Positions 1 to 13,177 of a DNA stretch of 64,000 nt are shown here, piece by piece (position 1 is the stretch's first letter; every line of letters starts with the position of its first letter). The notes under the pieces were generated by a model. The model had not been told where the DNA came from, made no database searches, and was given only the letters and a program-made list of their open reading frames with translations. The translations under genes were made by a program, and so were the position numbers. This stretch comes from Octopus sinensis (taxonomy: Eukaryota), in the NCBI RefSeq assembly GCF_006345805.1, contig NC_043012.1:49662001-49726000 (forward strand), read 5' to 3'.

Positions 1-222
1 ACGCTTACATCCTTGTACATACACATATACGCAAACATATATAAGTACAATATATATTTAAAGAACCCATTTATCATATAAGACCATGTTAGTGTTCAGC
101 GGTGCAGCTGTTTTACAACTTATATACTTCCATTAATATAATTACTATTGTTGCTATAGTTACATGCGATTCGTTGTAAGATGATTCGGATGTTATTAAA
201 CATTGATTTCTGATGTCGACTC

Positions 223-520
223 CACACACACACACACACACACACATACATACATACACACACACATACATATATACATACATACATACATACATACATA
301 CATACATACATACATACACGCGTACGTACGTACATATATATATTTATATATATATATCTTACATATACACGTACAAACACACGCACACACAGACACACAC
401 TTATCTCTATATATTATATATATATATATGTCTGAGTGTGTACATGTCACTGTATGTGTATTTGTCTGTACACACCCGTATAGTTACACACGTACATACA
501 TACATATATACATGCCTATA
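223..520. repeat. Compound (CA)n/(TACA)n/(TA)n microsatellite
   Basis: Directly visible; explains the HT/YI/VC-rich ORFs at 113-700. Confidence 0.95.
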
Positions 521-1176
521 TACTTAATGAGTAATAGGCGATTTCACGAACGAATCAAAGTGCTCGATACAAATGCAGAGTGTAATGTACATATCATATA
601 CACTGTAGATGAGAACGTTATTACTTTGTGCCATAGCCTGTATAAATCTCTGTCATTATTAGGCGATGAAAATAGACTTACCAATATCTTGGAGGAATAA
701 GAGTTATGAAAGAAGACTTTAGTATTGCAATTTGGGTTAAATACACCGTAAGAGACAGAACTTACTTTATTTTTTTACATAATATTGGTGGTTAGTCATT
801 TCCGTTGTAGTACTAAAGAAAAATATAAAAGGAGACACATATGCACAAATTGAACGATAAAAAAATTTGCTAGATGCAGGAAATAGAAAGCAGAAAAATA
901 TAGGATTCTGTGTAGAATTCATAGCAAAACATAGTGAAATAAAGCTACAATGTGTATATAAACTTGAGTAATTGAGAAAATAAAGAAAATTAAAGTGAGT
1001 TAAAGCTGTGTTCTCTTATGTAAAATATACCAGGTGTGAGCGTTTAAGAATTGAGAACAGCTCTGACAGAAAAAAACACATCGTCCATTTTATCGAATAA
1101 CATTATGATGTTCCAGAATTTTGAAAAATTATTTATGAAACGGTAGTTACTAATTATTTATGGTCATGATTTATAT

Positions 1177-1432
1177 CAGTGGTTGCCAGCCGGGATCAAT
1201 ATCGCATTTAGGGTTCTATACAAGATTTTGTTGTTAAAAATCTTATACGATTATACTTCTACAATACACAAAATATATTAATGTTTTTATACTATTCCTA
1301 ATAATATTTAACTATTCGTATACAGTAAGAATTTTTTTATATATTTACAGCAAATTGTTATGGGGTTCCAGTAGAGAAAAGTAGGAATCAAAGGGGTTCA
1401 TAGGCAAAAAGAAAAAAAGAATGGAACTACTG
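1177..1432. mobile_element. Possible decayed hAT-type MITE
   Basis: Begins CAGTGGTTGCCAGCC and ends GGAACTACTG, resembling CAGTGGTTCCCAA-type terminal inverted repeats. The 8-bp flanks do not match, so no TSD. Confidence 0.3.
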
Positions 1433-1707
1433 GTTTGCAGCATTGCTAAGGAGATTTTGACTTGGATTTTCTCAGCTATACACAATTTGCATTTTATAAT
1501 CATCTTGTTTTGTATAGTCCTCATTGTTTGATATTGAGAACAGTTCAATGCTGTTTTACAATTTCCAAATGTAAATGGAACGTGTTGGATTCTTTTGCTT
1601 TTGTATGTCTATAAATGAACCAGTGTTAATTAAACTTCTTTTCTACCATACTTATATGAGGTTTAATAATTATATTCAAGGTATTTGGGTCTCCAAGCTA
1701 CTTATAT

Positions 1708-1916
1708 TCGTTTCAAATTTTAGCACAAGGCCGGCAGTTTGTAGGATGAGTTAAGTCGAGTTTATCGTCCCCAGTGCTCGAATAGTACTTATTTTATTGC
1801 TCCGAAAGGATGAAGGCAAAGTCGACTTAAGTGGGATTTGAACTCAGTACGTAAAGACGGACGAAATACCGCTAAGCATTTGACATTGGCGTTTTAATTA
1901 TTCTGCTAGCTCGCCT
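1708..1916 (-). mobile_element. Degenerate SINE family A-related copy
   Basis: Reverse complement of the family A head and central GTCGACTTTGCCTTCATCCTTTCG domain, with an older-type tail. Confidence 0.75.
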
Positions 1917-1985
1917 TCTTCCAAACTACTTATATTAAGACTAAGTGGGAGGCTCCGTAAAAGAAGGAATAAATGCCGTTTTAAA

Positions 1986-2312
1986 GCGGAAAGTGTAACC
2001 TCTCGAAAGAGCTGTTCTTCACTCCTTCTCCAGAACGTCGGCTGCGGGGTCACTCCGAAAAGCTCTATCTGCGACGATTTCAATCTCAATCGAAGGAGAG
2101 GGGCTTTCTCCGTCCGGGTTGTGGATCCGTGGAATAAGCTGCCGGACGAGATAGTGAATATGCCGACGACCGCTCGATTCAAAGACTCTCTTGACCAGAA
2201 ATGGTCTGAACTCTTTGCAGGAACACCCTCCCTGTACATAACTCCATGTCCTCCTACATGGCTTTACTTTTTACTTTTTGAGCCAAAGAATTAACTTAAC
2301 TTAACTTAACTA
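1986..2312 (+). mobile_element. CR1-clade LINE 3' fragment
   Basis: Translates (one frameshift) as ...RLRGHSEKLYLRRF/NLNRRRGAFSVRVVDPWNKLPDEIVNMPTTARFKDSLDQKW, the typical CR1 ORF2 C-terminus (RGH...FSxRVVxxWNxLP). Ends in a (TTAAC)n tail at 2291-2310. Confidence 0.85.
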
Positions 2313-2720
2313 AAACTTTCTAAATCACAGAAGCAACTCAGTTAATTGTGACATTCTTTTCAGCATAAAAACTTACGTCTTCATTATATTTCATCTCTCT
2401 TTACATTTTCTTCTTCAGATGTACGTTGTGAATAACGTTCTTGAGTTCACTATAACCTCTGCAAGAATTTTTATTCTATTATTGGTGTCCAAACTGCAGA
2501 TTTTTGATATTATTCTATAAAATTTTATGTAGTTTTTTATATTAAAAAGATATTTCCTCAAACTTTTATTTTCATTTATATTACAATGTAAAATTCTTTA
2601 ATTACTCATGGGAACTTACTCGCCCTTTGTAATATTGATAAAATACAGCTTGGTTCCTTTCGTATTTTAAAGCTAAAACTTCACAACTAATTATTGTTCC
2701 GTATATGTCTTGTATTACAG

Positions 2721-2813
2721 GTGTTTATAGTGGGGCTACTCAATCTACTACAGCCTGCATTGGAAAACGTTATTTACAAGATAAACAAGTTCTTGCATGT
2801 TTTAATCGTAATT
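2721..2813 (+). CDS. Candidate small phase 1-1 coding exon, product unknown
   Basis: Acceptor tgtcttgtattacag|G; donor options ATC|gtaatt (2807) or ATT|gtgagc (2813); open frame VYSGATQSTTACIGKRYLQDKQVLACFNRN. No partner exons identified. Confidence 0.25.
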
Positions 2814-3046
2814 GTGAGCAAAATATCTGAGGCTAAACAACATCAACGGCACTATTAGAAACATTACATATGTCATTTCTTGACTTAAAATATTATGAAA
2901 ATAATCTTCCTGAGAATAAATATGGTGATGGTAAATCCATTCAATTTAATATTTCTTGAAGTGTAACATTGAAGAGATAATAATATTCAATGCTGCTTTG
3001 ATGACCATTTCATAGCTTTAGATTAAATACCCTCACCGTAATACTG

Positions 3047-3252
3047 GTTTTAAATTTTGGCACAAAGCTAGCAATTTCGGAGGAGGGGTAAGTCCACTAC
3101 ATCGACTATAGTATTCAATTGGTCCTTCTTTTATCGACCGTGAAAAAAATGAAAGACAAAATAGACCTTGTTAGAATTTGAACATGGAAACGGACAAAAC
3201 GCCGCTAAATATTTAGCCGAGTATACTAACGATTCTGCCGGCTCACCGGCTT
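3047..3252 (-). mobile_element. Old SINE family A-related copy
   Basis: Degenerate match to the family A head and central domain on the minus strand. Confidence 0.6.
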
Positions 3253-3575
3253 AACATCACCGTATTATTGATGACGGTTTTTGTGGAAAATTATAGTTGA
3301 TACCATTTGATGAAGGTGGTGGAACAAAACTAATTGCTGCAAAGGGCTGTATTAATCAGACAGTATTGTACATATTTAAAAGTAATATCTAGAGCCGATT
3401 AAATTGTTTGAAGAATAATGTTCCTATTATTGATATCAAAACAAGTGACGTATTTGGCATGTGTATGAACTGAAATCAGAAGTGTAAGGCACTGAAATAT
3501 ATAGAATGTATTATGTAGAATCAATAACGGTTTCTTTGTCACCACCAGTATTGTAACAATATGCTACTGATGTAT

Positions 3576-4147
3576 GGCGGCGAGCTGGCAGAAACGTTAG
3601 CGTGCAGGGCGAAATGCTTAGCGGTATTCCGTCTGCCGTTACGTTCTGAGTTCAAATTCCACCGAGGTCGGCTTTGCCTTTCATCCTTTCGAAGTCGATA
3701 AATTAAGTACCAGTTATGCATTGGGTTCGATGTAATCGACTTAATACCTATGTCTGTCCTTGTTTGTCCTCTCTATGTTTAGCCCCTTGTGGGTAATAAG
3801 GAAATAGGTATTTCGTCTGCCGCTACGTCCTGAGTTCAAATTCTGCCGAGGTCGATTTTATCTTTCATCCTTTCGGGGTCGATAAATTAAGTACCAGTTA
3901 CGAACTGGGGTCGATATAATCGACTTAATCTGTTTGTCTGTCCTTGTTTGTCCTCTCTATGCTTAGCCCCTTGTGGGCAATAAAAAATAGGTATTTTGTC
4001 CGTCTGTACGCTCTGATTTCAAATTCCGTCGACTTTGCCTTTCATCCTTTCGGGGTCGAAAAATTAAGTACTATTTGCGTACTGGGTCGATCTAATCGAC
4101 TGTCTCCCTCCCTACAAATTTGGAATCTTGTGCCTAGATTAGAAAAG
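3576..4147 (+). mobile_element. SINE family A, head plus three internal units
   Basis: tRNA-like head GGCGGCGAGCTGGCAGAAACGTTAGC; units restart at GTATT at 3624, 3808 and 3991; last unit has the older-type tail. Confidence 0.9.
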
Positions 4148-4686
4148 TATATGCTTCTGATGTTTTCGTTTTCTTCGGCTCTGGAAAAATGTTGGAACAA
4201 AACAGTCTTACCTTGATTAAATGGATTGGATTTATTTCCTGTACTTATTTGATCTACTCAGGATAGAAGAAAGGTAACTACCAGAATCTGAAATTAGAGC
4301 TAAATGAACTGCACTTGAGTATCGGAAATATGGTAAATGATCTAATCCAGTTTCGCTTGAAACATGGAATGTCTGAGACGAGGCATCTTCTTACCTCTTC
4401 TAATAATTTTGTACTTCCCGTCAATATTGGCATTCCTAAGCTATGCATATGCATTCATAATCCAACTCAGAAACCGTGTATTTATGTAGAAAATCGATTT
4501 CGATACGGTGCTTGTAATGTGAAGTAACTTCCATTGGTATGGCCAACCCAGCACATCCCAAAATTCTATTTCATGCTGATTGCTTTCACACTGAGCAGTT
4601 TTTTTTTCCTGATTGACATTATCTGTGTTCGAAGGCATCGCAGCTGTGATCATCTCTTTATTCTATACCTATTTGTTTATTCTATA

Positions 4687-4875
4687 CCTATTTGTTTACT
4701 ATCCACAAGGGGCTAAACACAGAGCGGACAAACAAGGACAGGCAAACGGATTAAGTCGATTACATCGACCCCAGTGCGTAACTGGTACTTAATTTATCGA
4801 CTCCGATAGGATGAAAATCAAAGTCGACCTCGGCGGAGTTTGAACTCAGAACGTAACGGCAGTCGAAATACCGCT
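4687..4875 (-). mobile_element. SINE family A, 5'-truncated
   Basis: Reverse complement of the family A body and tail; head absent. Confidence 0.85.
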
Positions 4876-5428
4876 GAAACTGAATAATATTTCTCTTTAA
4901 CTACATTATATTTTTCGTTATGATGTATTGCCAGGAGCGTTAGCTTTTTCTCATAATCGTATCTTCATAATCACGATGAAGATACAGTGATAGGAACTAA
5001 TCTGATATGATTCTAATACAGTATATAAATATTACGCTTTAACTATAGAACAAAATCGAGGATATAAAGTGTTATATACACGATATATATATTATACGGA
5101 AGATGATTATTAAGTGATATACTATGAACGAATTTAAAAACATAATCTATTTTAATTATTTTTATATTATTTACATTATTCGGAAGACAACTGTCTGTTA
5201 AGTAAGTATTAAACCGTCTGCTAAGTAAATATTAGAAATTAAATATTACGTATGTGTGTACGTTTGAGTGCGTGTGTATATGTGTGCGCGCGCGTGTACG
5301 TGTGTGTTTAAGTACGTATGTATGTAAGAAACTACATTTCATAAAAAACTGCTATGCTTCAATCTCTAGATGTGTGTGTTCAAACCTAAACGTGTGCACC
5401 ATTATTTCTCTATGAAAATAAATGTCCT

Positions 5429-5510
5429 ACTCTTTCTCTTTCTCTTTTACTTGTTTCAGTCGTTTGATTGCGGCCATGCTGGAGTCCGCCTTTAGTCGAG
5501 CAAATCGACT
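5429..5510 (-). mobile_element. SINE family B 3' fragment
   Basis: Matches the reverse complement of the family B tail (GCATGGCCGCAGTCAAATGACTGAAACAAGTAAAAGAG). Confidence 0.7.
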
Positions 5511-5762
5511 TTAAGTCGTGTTTTTATCAATGAATGATCAACATATTAAAAGTGAAAGCATTTATTATGTAAGGAGTTATGGTGTAGAGAAAAAAAAAGG
5601 CTGAGGCTTCCAGAAATAGTACACTACGGGAATTAGACTACCATTCAATAACTACATTGGTCCCAATATATTAGTTTCGGATCAAGTATAAAGCGACTTT
5701 TGCTTAAAATAATCCATTAATTCTCCATTGTTATCATTAAACATATACGTTTAAAAGAAATA

Positions 5763-6186
5763 GGTGCAGGAGTGGCTGTGTGGTAAGAAGCTTGCTAACC
5801 AACCACATGGTTCTGGGTCCAGTCCCACTGCGTGGCATCTTGGGCTAGTGTCTTCTGCTATAGCCTCGGGCCGACCAATGCCTTGTGAGTGGATTTGGTA
5901 GACGGAAACTGAAAAGAAGCCTGTCGTATATATGTATATATATGTATGTATGTGTATGTGTGTGTATATGTTTGTGTGTCTGTGTTTGTCCCTCTAGCAT
6001 TGCGTGACAACCGATGCTGGTGTGTTTACGCCCCCGTCACTTAGCGGTTCGGCAAAAGAGACCGACAGAATAAGTACTGGGCTTACAAAGAATAAGTCCC
6101 CGGGTCGATTTGCTCGACTAAAGGCGATGCTCCAGCATGGCCGCAGTCAAATGACTGAAACAAGTAAAACAGAGTAAAATAGAGTA
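5763..6186 (+). mobile_element. SINE family B, full length
   Basis: tRNA-like head GGTGCAGGAGTGGCTGTGTGGTAAG...GTCCAGTCCC, internal (AT)/(GT) tract, tail ...GACTGAAACAAGTAAAA; homologous to several other copies in the window. Confidence 0.9.
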
Positions 6187-7878
6187 TATATGAAAAAGAA
6201 ATATAATGGGGTAGAAGTGAATGAAGTTTATTTCGGAAAAAAAAACTTCCTTTCGTTTTCGTTATTCCTCATTCAACCCATCCAGTCTTGAGCACAGGAG
6301 ATGGAAATTATTACCAGACCGAATATTTGGCCCAAATTCTTGAAACATAGAGAACTGCACTAAAAGAAAGAAGGACAAAGTGATGATATATCATATATCA
6401 TACTGCTAGGAAGACAATAAGATGATTACAAAATTAGATCATATGATCTCTATTCATAGCTGTAGGCTATGGCTAATTTCTCTTTTATTGTGTGAATCAT
6501 TATCGTGTATTATATGATGTCATATCGAATGAGTGTGTGACAAAAACAAAATAAAAAATAAAAATAAAATGTACTATAACTTAACAAAATAACATCAGAG
6601 GTCACTGCTCTGTTGTGACATGTCTGCAACAACTGGATAATTCAATAGATATGGGATATATTAATAAACAAGTTTGTAGACTACGATGTAACTAAGTGAA
6701 AAATGTAATTTTGCCAAAAGGGAACAGTAAAAGATATCATACATTTTTAACAAACTTCGACTTCACAAATTTTTAATACCACAATAATGCATCTTATGGA
6801 AGTTTATATAATATTCTTCGGTGATCCTTTATAGTAATGGTTCCCATCCAGTTTTTTGCCAATAGACGCCTTTAATTTCTACTTTAATCGAGTGAACTCT
6901 CGTAACTCCATGATTAAAAAATCCTATCATATTTTTATAATTAAGAAATTGTATAAGAAATTTGCTAAAATATTTTGCTTACTGTCGAACAATCAGCAAT
7001 TTATTGCACAAACTTGAACAACAAAATCTCATATGGACCCCACTACCCAAGGGCCGTATTGAAGCAATTCAGAACGACTGTTCTATAGTGTGTGTAATAG
7101 AAATACGTTGCTATATTTGAAGAAGCCATATGATAAATACCATTGCTCATTAAATAGACAGTTTTTAGATTTGCCTACGTTTGATTCCCACATTGTCAAG
7201 AACAACATCTATTAATTTTCCTCTTAGTTTTACTTTATTGCAATGCGATACCGCTGGTAATCAATTAAGACTTATTAATTTCTTTTCTTTCGTGCTAAAG
7301 CTCATTGCATGTGGCAGGTGCGAATATCTTGTCTTGATAAACTGTAAGACACATTGCTAATAGCAACAGTTTATATGTAATAGCGCATGCAATATCTTTT
7401 AATGTAATAATTTATGCATTAAAGAGAAAAGACATAAAATTTTGATGTTGTTATCTAACCCCCAGATCGCATCTTATTGGTTTCAAATTTTTCGTATTTG
7501 GCCAGCATGCTCTGAGGTGGAGGTAAGTCGATGATATCGACCCCAGTGATCAACTGATACTTATTTTTATCGACCCCAAAAATTGAAAGGCAAAGATGGA
7601 CTCGGCGCGATTTTGCCCTGCCTGCTAATGAGTCTGCCGCATCTTCGTCTTAACACCAGATCACATTGTGTTAAAAAGAAACATAATGGAAAGCATTTCA
7701 ACTTTGGGCTTTCCCTATTTTTATTTAAACGACTAAGCTGTATTATATACCGTGTCCTAATAATTTGTATTAGGAGGTGGGGACTTCAAAGACATATTAA
7801 CACTACTCAAGTGGATCGAAAGATCACTCAGAGGATCACGTGTTTATATATATATATAATATATATATATATATATAG

Positions 7879-8619
7879 ATAACAATTTAGGAATGGCCTT
7901 AACAGGCCATTCGTCCACCAGAGAGAGCAGCCAGAACTCAAACCGCCAAGCAGTAGTAATTCAGAAATTACTACTGCTTGGCGGTTTGAGTTCTGGCTGC
8001 TCTCTCTGGTGGACGAATGGCCTGTCAAGGCCATTCCTAAATTGTTATATTTATATATTTTAGTCTTTGACTATTTTCTCTTTTCCACTAGGCCGCTGGT
8101 AGCGATAAATTTCTATTGAATTTTTTGCTACCCTAAATTGATTAATTGATAATTTTCTGACTAATTCTGAGATTGAATCGGCAGTTTATATTTACTGCTG
8201 ATGGATTGGCGCGAATACGTTGGTCTTGAAAATTTTAAGACAGATATTCCGGAGGCATTGATACAGACGCCTCGTGTATATTTGTTTCTCCCAGGTTTTT
8301 TACTGATGAAGTGTAACCTATGGTAGATTAGCTTAATTTAATTTAATTAAGCTAGTTTATCATTAAAAACACAGAAAGGATGCATCGTCTAAAAGATGAA
8401 TTAGGGTAAACGTTTTTAAATTTTCACCTAATTTCTGAATTACTACTGCTTGGCGGTTTGAGTTCTGGCTGCTCTCTCTGGTGGACGAATGGCCTGTTAA
8501 GGCCATTCCTAAATTGTTATATTTATATATTTTAGTCTTTGACTATTTTCTCTTTTCCACTAGGCCGCTGGTAGCGATAAATTTCTATTGAATTTTTTGC
8601 TACCCTAAATTGATTAATT
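7879..8619 (+). mobile_element. Penelope/retrozyme-like element: 83-bp inverted 5' segment plus ~1.4 direct units of 472 bp, inserted in (AT)n
   Basis: 7879-7961 and 7966-8048 are inverted repeats with 1 mismatch; 7966 onward repeats at 8438; (AT)n on both sides; clearly homologous to the reverse complement of the 60133-62246 unit. Confidence 0.8.
8295..8397 (+). ncRNA. Type I hammerhead ribozyme with extended stem II (slightly degenerate)
   Basis: GUUUUUUA-CUGAUGA-AGUGU...19-bp hairpin...ACACA-GAA-AGGAUGCAUCGU-C-UAAAAGAU. Core nucleotides intact; mismatches at 10.1/11.1 (A.A) and 15.2/16.2 (G.G). Confidence 0.7.
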
Positions 8620-8695
<76 letters not shown>

Positions 8696-8698
<3 letters not shown>

Positions 8699-9100
8699 AC
8701 AGGCGCTGCTGTGTGGAAAGAAGCTTGCTTCCCAACCACATGGTTCCGGGTTCAGTCCCACTGCATGGTACCTTGGGCAAGTGCATTCTGCAATAGCCTC
8801 GGGCCCTCGGGCCAACCAAAGCCTTGTGAGTGGATTTAGTGGACGGAAACTGAAAGAAGCTCGTCGTATATATGTATATATATATGTGTATGTTTGTGTG
8901 TCTGTGTTGCCCCCCCCATCGCTTGGCAACGGATGCTGGTGTGTTTACATACACGCAACTTGGCGTTTCGGCAAAAGGAGAACGATGGAATAAGCAATAG
9001 GCTTACAAAGAATAAGTCCTGGGGTCGATTTATTCGACTAATGGCGGTGTTGCAGCATAGCCGCAGTCAAATGACTGAAAGAAGTAAAAGAAAAAAAGAA
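8696..9100 (+). mobile_element. SINE family B
   Basis: Homologous along its length to 5763-6186. Confidence 0.9.
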
Positions 9101-9112
9101 TATCTATATATG

Positions 9113-9195
<83 letters not shown>

Positions 9196-9199
9196 ATAT

Positions 9200-9230
<31 letters not shown>

Positions 9231-9234
9231 TATA

Positions 9235-9325
<91 letters not shown>
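9101..9325. repeat. (AT)n microsatellite, ~225 bp
   Basis: Directly visible. Confidence 0.95.
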
Positions 9326-9326
<1 letters not shown>

Positions 9327-10334
9327 CAAAAAAGTTCACAAGTAACTCCATCCACGTTTACCAAATCTCCCTCGATTTTGAAATGAATTCAAACAAATCC
9401 AAAATTTCTCAGTCAACATCTAATAATGCTATGCAAAAGAAGGAAAGACGGAATAATAAAATGAATGTTTTATATAAAAAGTTAAAATATATTAATAAAC
9501 AAAGGTTTTGTTAACGTTGTTGGAAATTCCAAACGTTATAACAAAAATATATTTAAAATATATATTTATATTTATATTATTTTTGATACTATATTAATAT
9601 ATGTATATCTATTATATATTTTCGTTTATTGCATTTCGTTGTGTTGCGTTTATTATATATTCGATTATAATAGGAAGTAAAATAATAATAAAAAATGATA
9701 ATGATATGAACAATAATAATGATGATGATCATGATGATGAAGATAATAAGAAGAAAAAGAACAACAGCAACAACAACGAAAAAGAACAACAACAAAAACA
9801 ACAACAACTTGGAATTCGATTCATGCATCCACGCAGTTAATTTAATAGCTTCGGAGCGCTTTTCATGTTGATATTGTTATTACTGCCTAGTAACCCCCTT
9901 CTCCGCCTCCCACTCATATATACACATACATATGCTCACATACACACACCTTTGAGCCTACAGACACACATACGCATTCATACACACTCAAACAGACACA
10001 CACACACACTGGCATACACAAATACACTTAAATTAATTATAATTCTTTTTAACGTTGAAAGACTCAGCTAATTGCGTTCATCGTTGAGGTAAATCTAAAT
10101 AAAATCCTATCAGGAAGTTTACATAAGATGTTAGACAGGAAGCCGGCTTGCCATCTGCTGGACTGCTTTTCAATCGACGAGTTTTCTGACAATGCATGCT
10201 ACCGTTTTTTTGTTTGGCTAAATTTGTAAAATTAAATATCAGAATTGCAAAAACAGCCTAGCAAATACAATAGCTTCATTTTTAACGTAAGTTCATAGCT
10301 GTATATTTGCTTCTTACTGTTCGAGAAAATTCTT

Positions 10335-10500
<166 letters not shown>

Positions 10501-10677
10501 TTTCAATAACCTCTCTGCTATGGGTGCAAGGCCTTAAGGTTATGGGAAGGGAAATAATCTATTACATCCACCTCCGTGCTTAACTGGCACTCATTTTACC
10601 GAGTTCAAAATTATAAAGAGGTAAAATCAGTTGGGTGGAATTTGAATTCTCAACGACGCATAATAATGATAATAATG

Positions 10678-10716
<39 letters not shown>

Positions 10717-10736
10717 TAATAATAATAATAATAATA

Positions 10737-11244
10737 AATGCCCGGATGCAGTATCAGCTCATGGCTTCTGATCTTATTTCATTATACATTTTATTTTAGT
10801 ATAAAAGATGGGCTACAGCAAATATTCTGCTCAATACCACAGATTTGCTTGTCGGTTGCTTGACCTCAACCAGTTGAGCATGACCCTTAGTGTCTGACGA
10901 TATGTGCATTTCTGATCACGAACAGAAGTAGTGGTGGAGCATCATAGCCATGTGTTGAGAGGGATTCTTTGGGGTTTGAATAATTCACCTCTGGAAACAT
11001 GGTTGTTTCGTTCAACATCCATAAACAACCCTTATTCAGGGACCTTTTGAGCGGGATGGGTTACTCGACCAGAAGAAAATTATTAACTGGGCCCCACCTA
11101 CAAGGTCATGTGTTGTTTATCTTGATATGGTTGTGATGCATGTGCCTAGTGTACCCTTATCAGACGGGTAGTTATGATATGTATACTGGGCTTCGTATAT
11201 TGTGCTCCAGTGTCACTTTGATTGCATACACTGCTCTCTCACTC
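10737..11244 (+). mobile_element. Repeat family D, ~500 bp, flanked by (AAT)n on both sides (strand of transcription unknown)
   Basis: Homologous to the reverse complement of 26822-27119; (AAT)n at 10660-10736 and 11245-11322. Confidence 0.75.
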
Positions 11245-12017
11245 AATAATAATAATAATAATAACAATAATAATAATAATAATAATAATAATGATAATAA
11301 TAATGATGATGATAATAATAATGCTTTCTAGTAAAGGCACAAGCCATGAGATTTGGTGGGAGGGAACTAGTCAATTATATCGTCACCAGTGTTCAATTGG
11401 TGTTTATGTTATGTTATCGGTGGAATTTGAACTCAGATTTTATAGGCGGTTGAAATGCTTCTTTGCATTTTCTCTGGAGAGCTGACGATTCTACAGTCTC
11501 GCTGCCTTAATAGCAACAACAACAACAACAACAACAACAATAAGAGTAATAATAATACTAATATAAAAAACAACCTCTGATATATGCAATAAACTGACTA
11601 TAGATCAAAACATTGTGTAATATTGAGGTCATCTTTTTTTTCTATCTTCCCATTATTATCGTGTTGTATACTGAAGGTTGCAAAAACGGTAATAATAAGC
11701 AAATGGAGGATGCGTGAGTTGCATTTCCGTCAGGATTGGAACCATTTCACGTCCAATTACGTCAGAGATATTTTTGAAATGAGTTTAGAATTTATAATCT
11801 GAGAATGTTTTCCTTAAGGAAAAGAAAACTAAAAGTGCATCTACCCAATATATTTTCTATAGATAATTCTCCTCTGGTACGCAATAAATAAACATAGAAA
11901 AAGAAATTGTATGTGTATATGTAATATGTATGTACGCATGTAAGTATTTACGTATGAATGCATGCATACATGTATGTATGTCTATATGTATGTATGTTTG
12001 AATACACGTGTGAATGC

Positions 12018-12067
<50 letters not shown>

Positions 12068-12927
12068 ACACATACATATATATTCGTATGTAGATATACG
12101 AGGAGAGAGAGAGAGAGAGAGAGACCAACAATCAGACAAACGGAGACAGGTAGAGAATAAATGATATTTCTTGCTTCCTTCAGAGGAAATTGTGTGATAT
12201 ATGAATATATCCATGTTCGATAGGCCGCTGGATGGTTTGCATTTGTAATACTGCAGTCCAACCTTATCACATTCTTGCACTGATTCTATTTAATAATAAT
12301 TAGATTACGGCTACTCGCAACTATGGAATACTCTTCCATATACACACTAATGTCACGTGAAAGACATTCTATTCGTCGTATAAAAGGACACAGATAAGTA
12401 GACCTCATTTTTAAGCGCAATGCATGTAAATCCTTCTTTATAATTTTTTCAGCGTGTGTTTGTAGTATGTATACATCTACATACCTGTGTATGCATATAA
12501 ATACGTGTGTATGCATGTATATACGTATGTATGTGTATCGACTAGTGGTTAGATGTTCGTTTCAATTCCTGGACCGAGTGGTGCGTTGTGTTCTTGAGCA
12601 GAACACTTCAAGTTGCACTGCGATTAGTTCGACGCCTGACGTCTTATTCTACCTACGCCTGTTCAGGCAACTGCGATTTGTTGGAGCGATTGAGCTGATA
12701 TACAACACATACATTTGATGACTAGAAATAAATCATTTGTGCAGGTGGTACTGAAACAGAATGCTGGACTCCCTTTCTCAGACTACAGAAGACTACCATG
12801 CATAGTTATTATTTCATGTATAAATATAGCCCTATTCGTTCCCCTATTCTCTAAATTGTTGCTAATATTACGGGCAGTCTCTTATATATATGTTTCAGTG
12901 ATATATATATATATACATTTATTTATT

Positions 12928-13141
12928 ATGCGCCCTTTTCAAGCCTAGCCAGGCTCATGTGCCCGGTTTCCCGGTTTCTATGACGTGTGTTCTCCCCAGC
13001 TGGATGGGATGCCAGTCCATCGCAGCGTTACTCAAGAAACAGGAAGGAAGAGTGAGAGAAAGTTGGGCTGGTGCCTCGTGGAGCTTTTAGGTGTTTTCGC
13101 CCAATAAACACACAAAACGCCCGGTCTGTGAATCGAAACAA

Positions 13142-13145
<4 letters not shown>
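12928..13145 (-). mobile_element. SINE, family E-type central part with the tail type seen at 62379-62615
   Basis: 5' part matches 62960-63050; 3' part matches the 62520-62615 tail. Confidence 0.7.
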
Positions 13146-13177
<32 letters not shown>

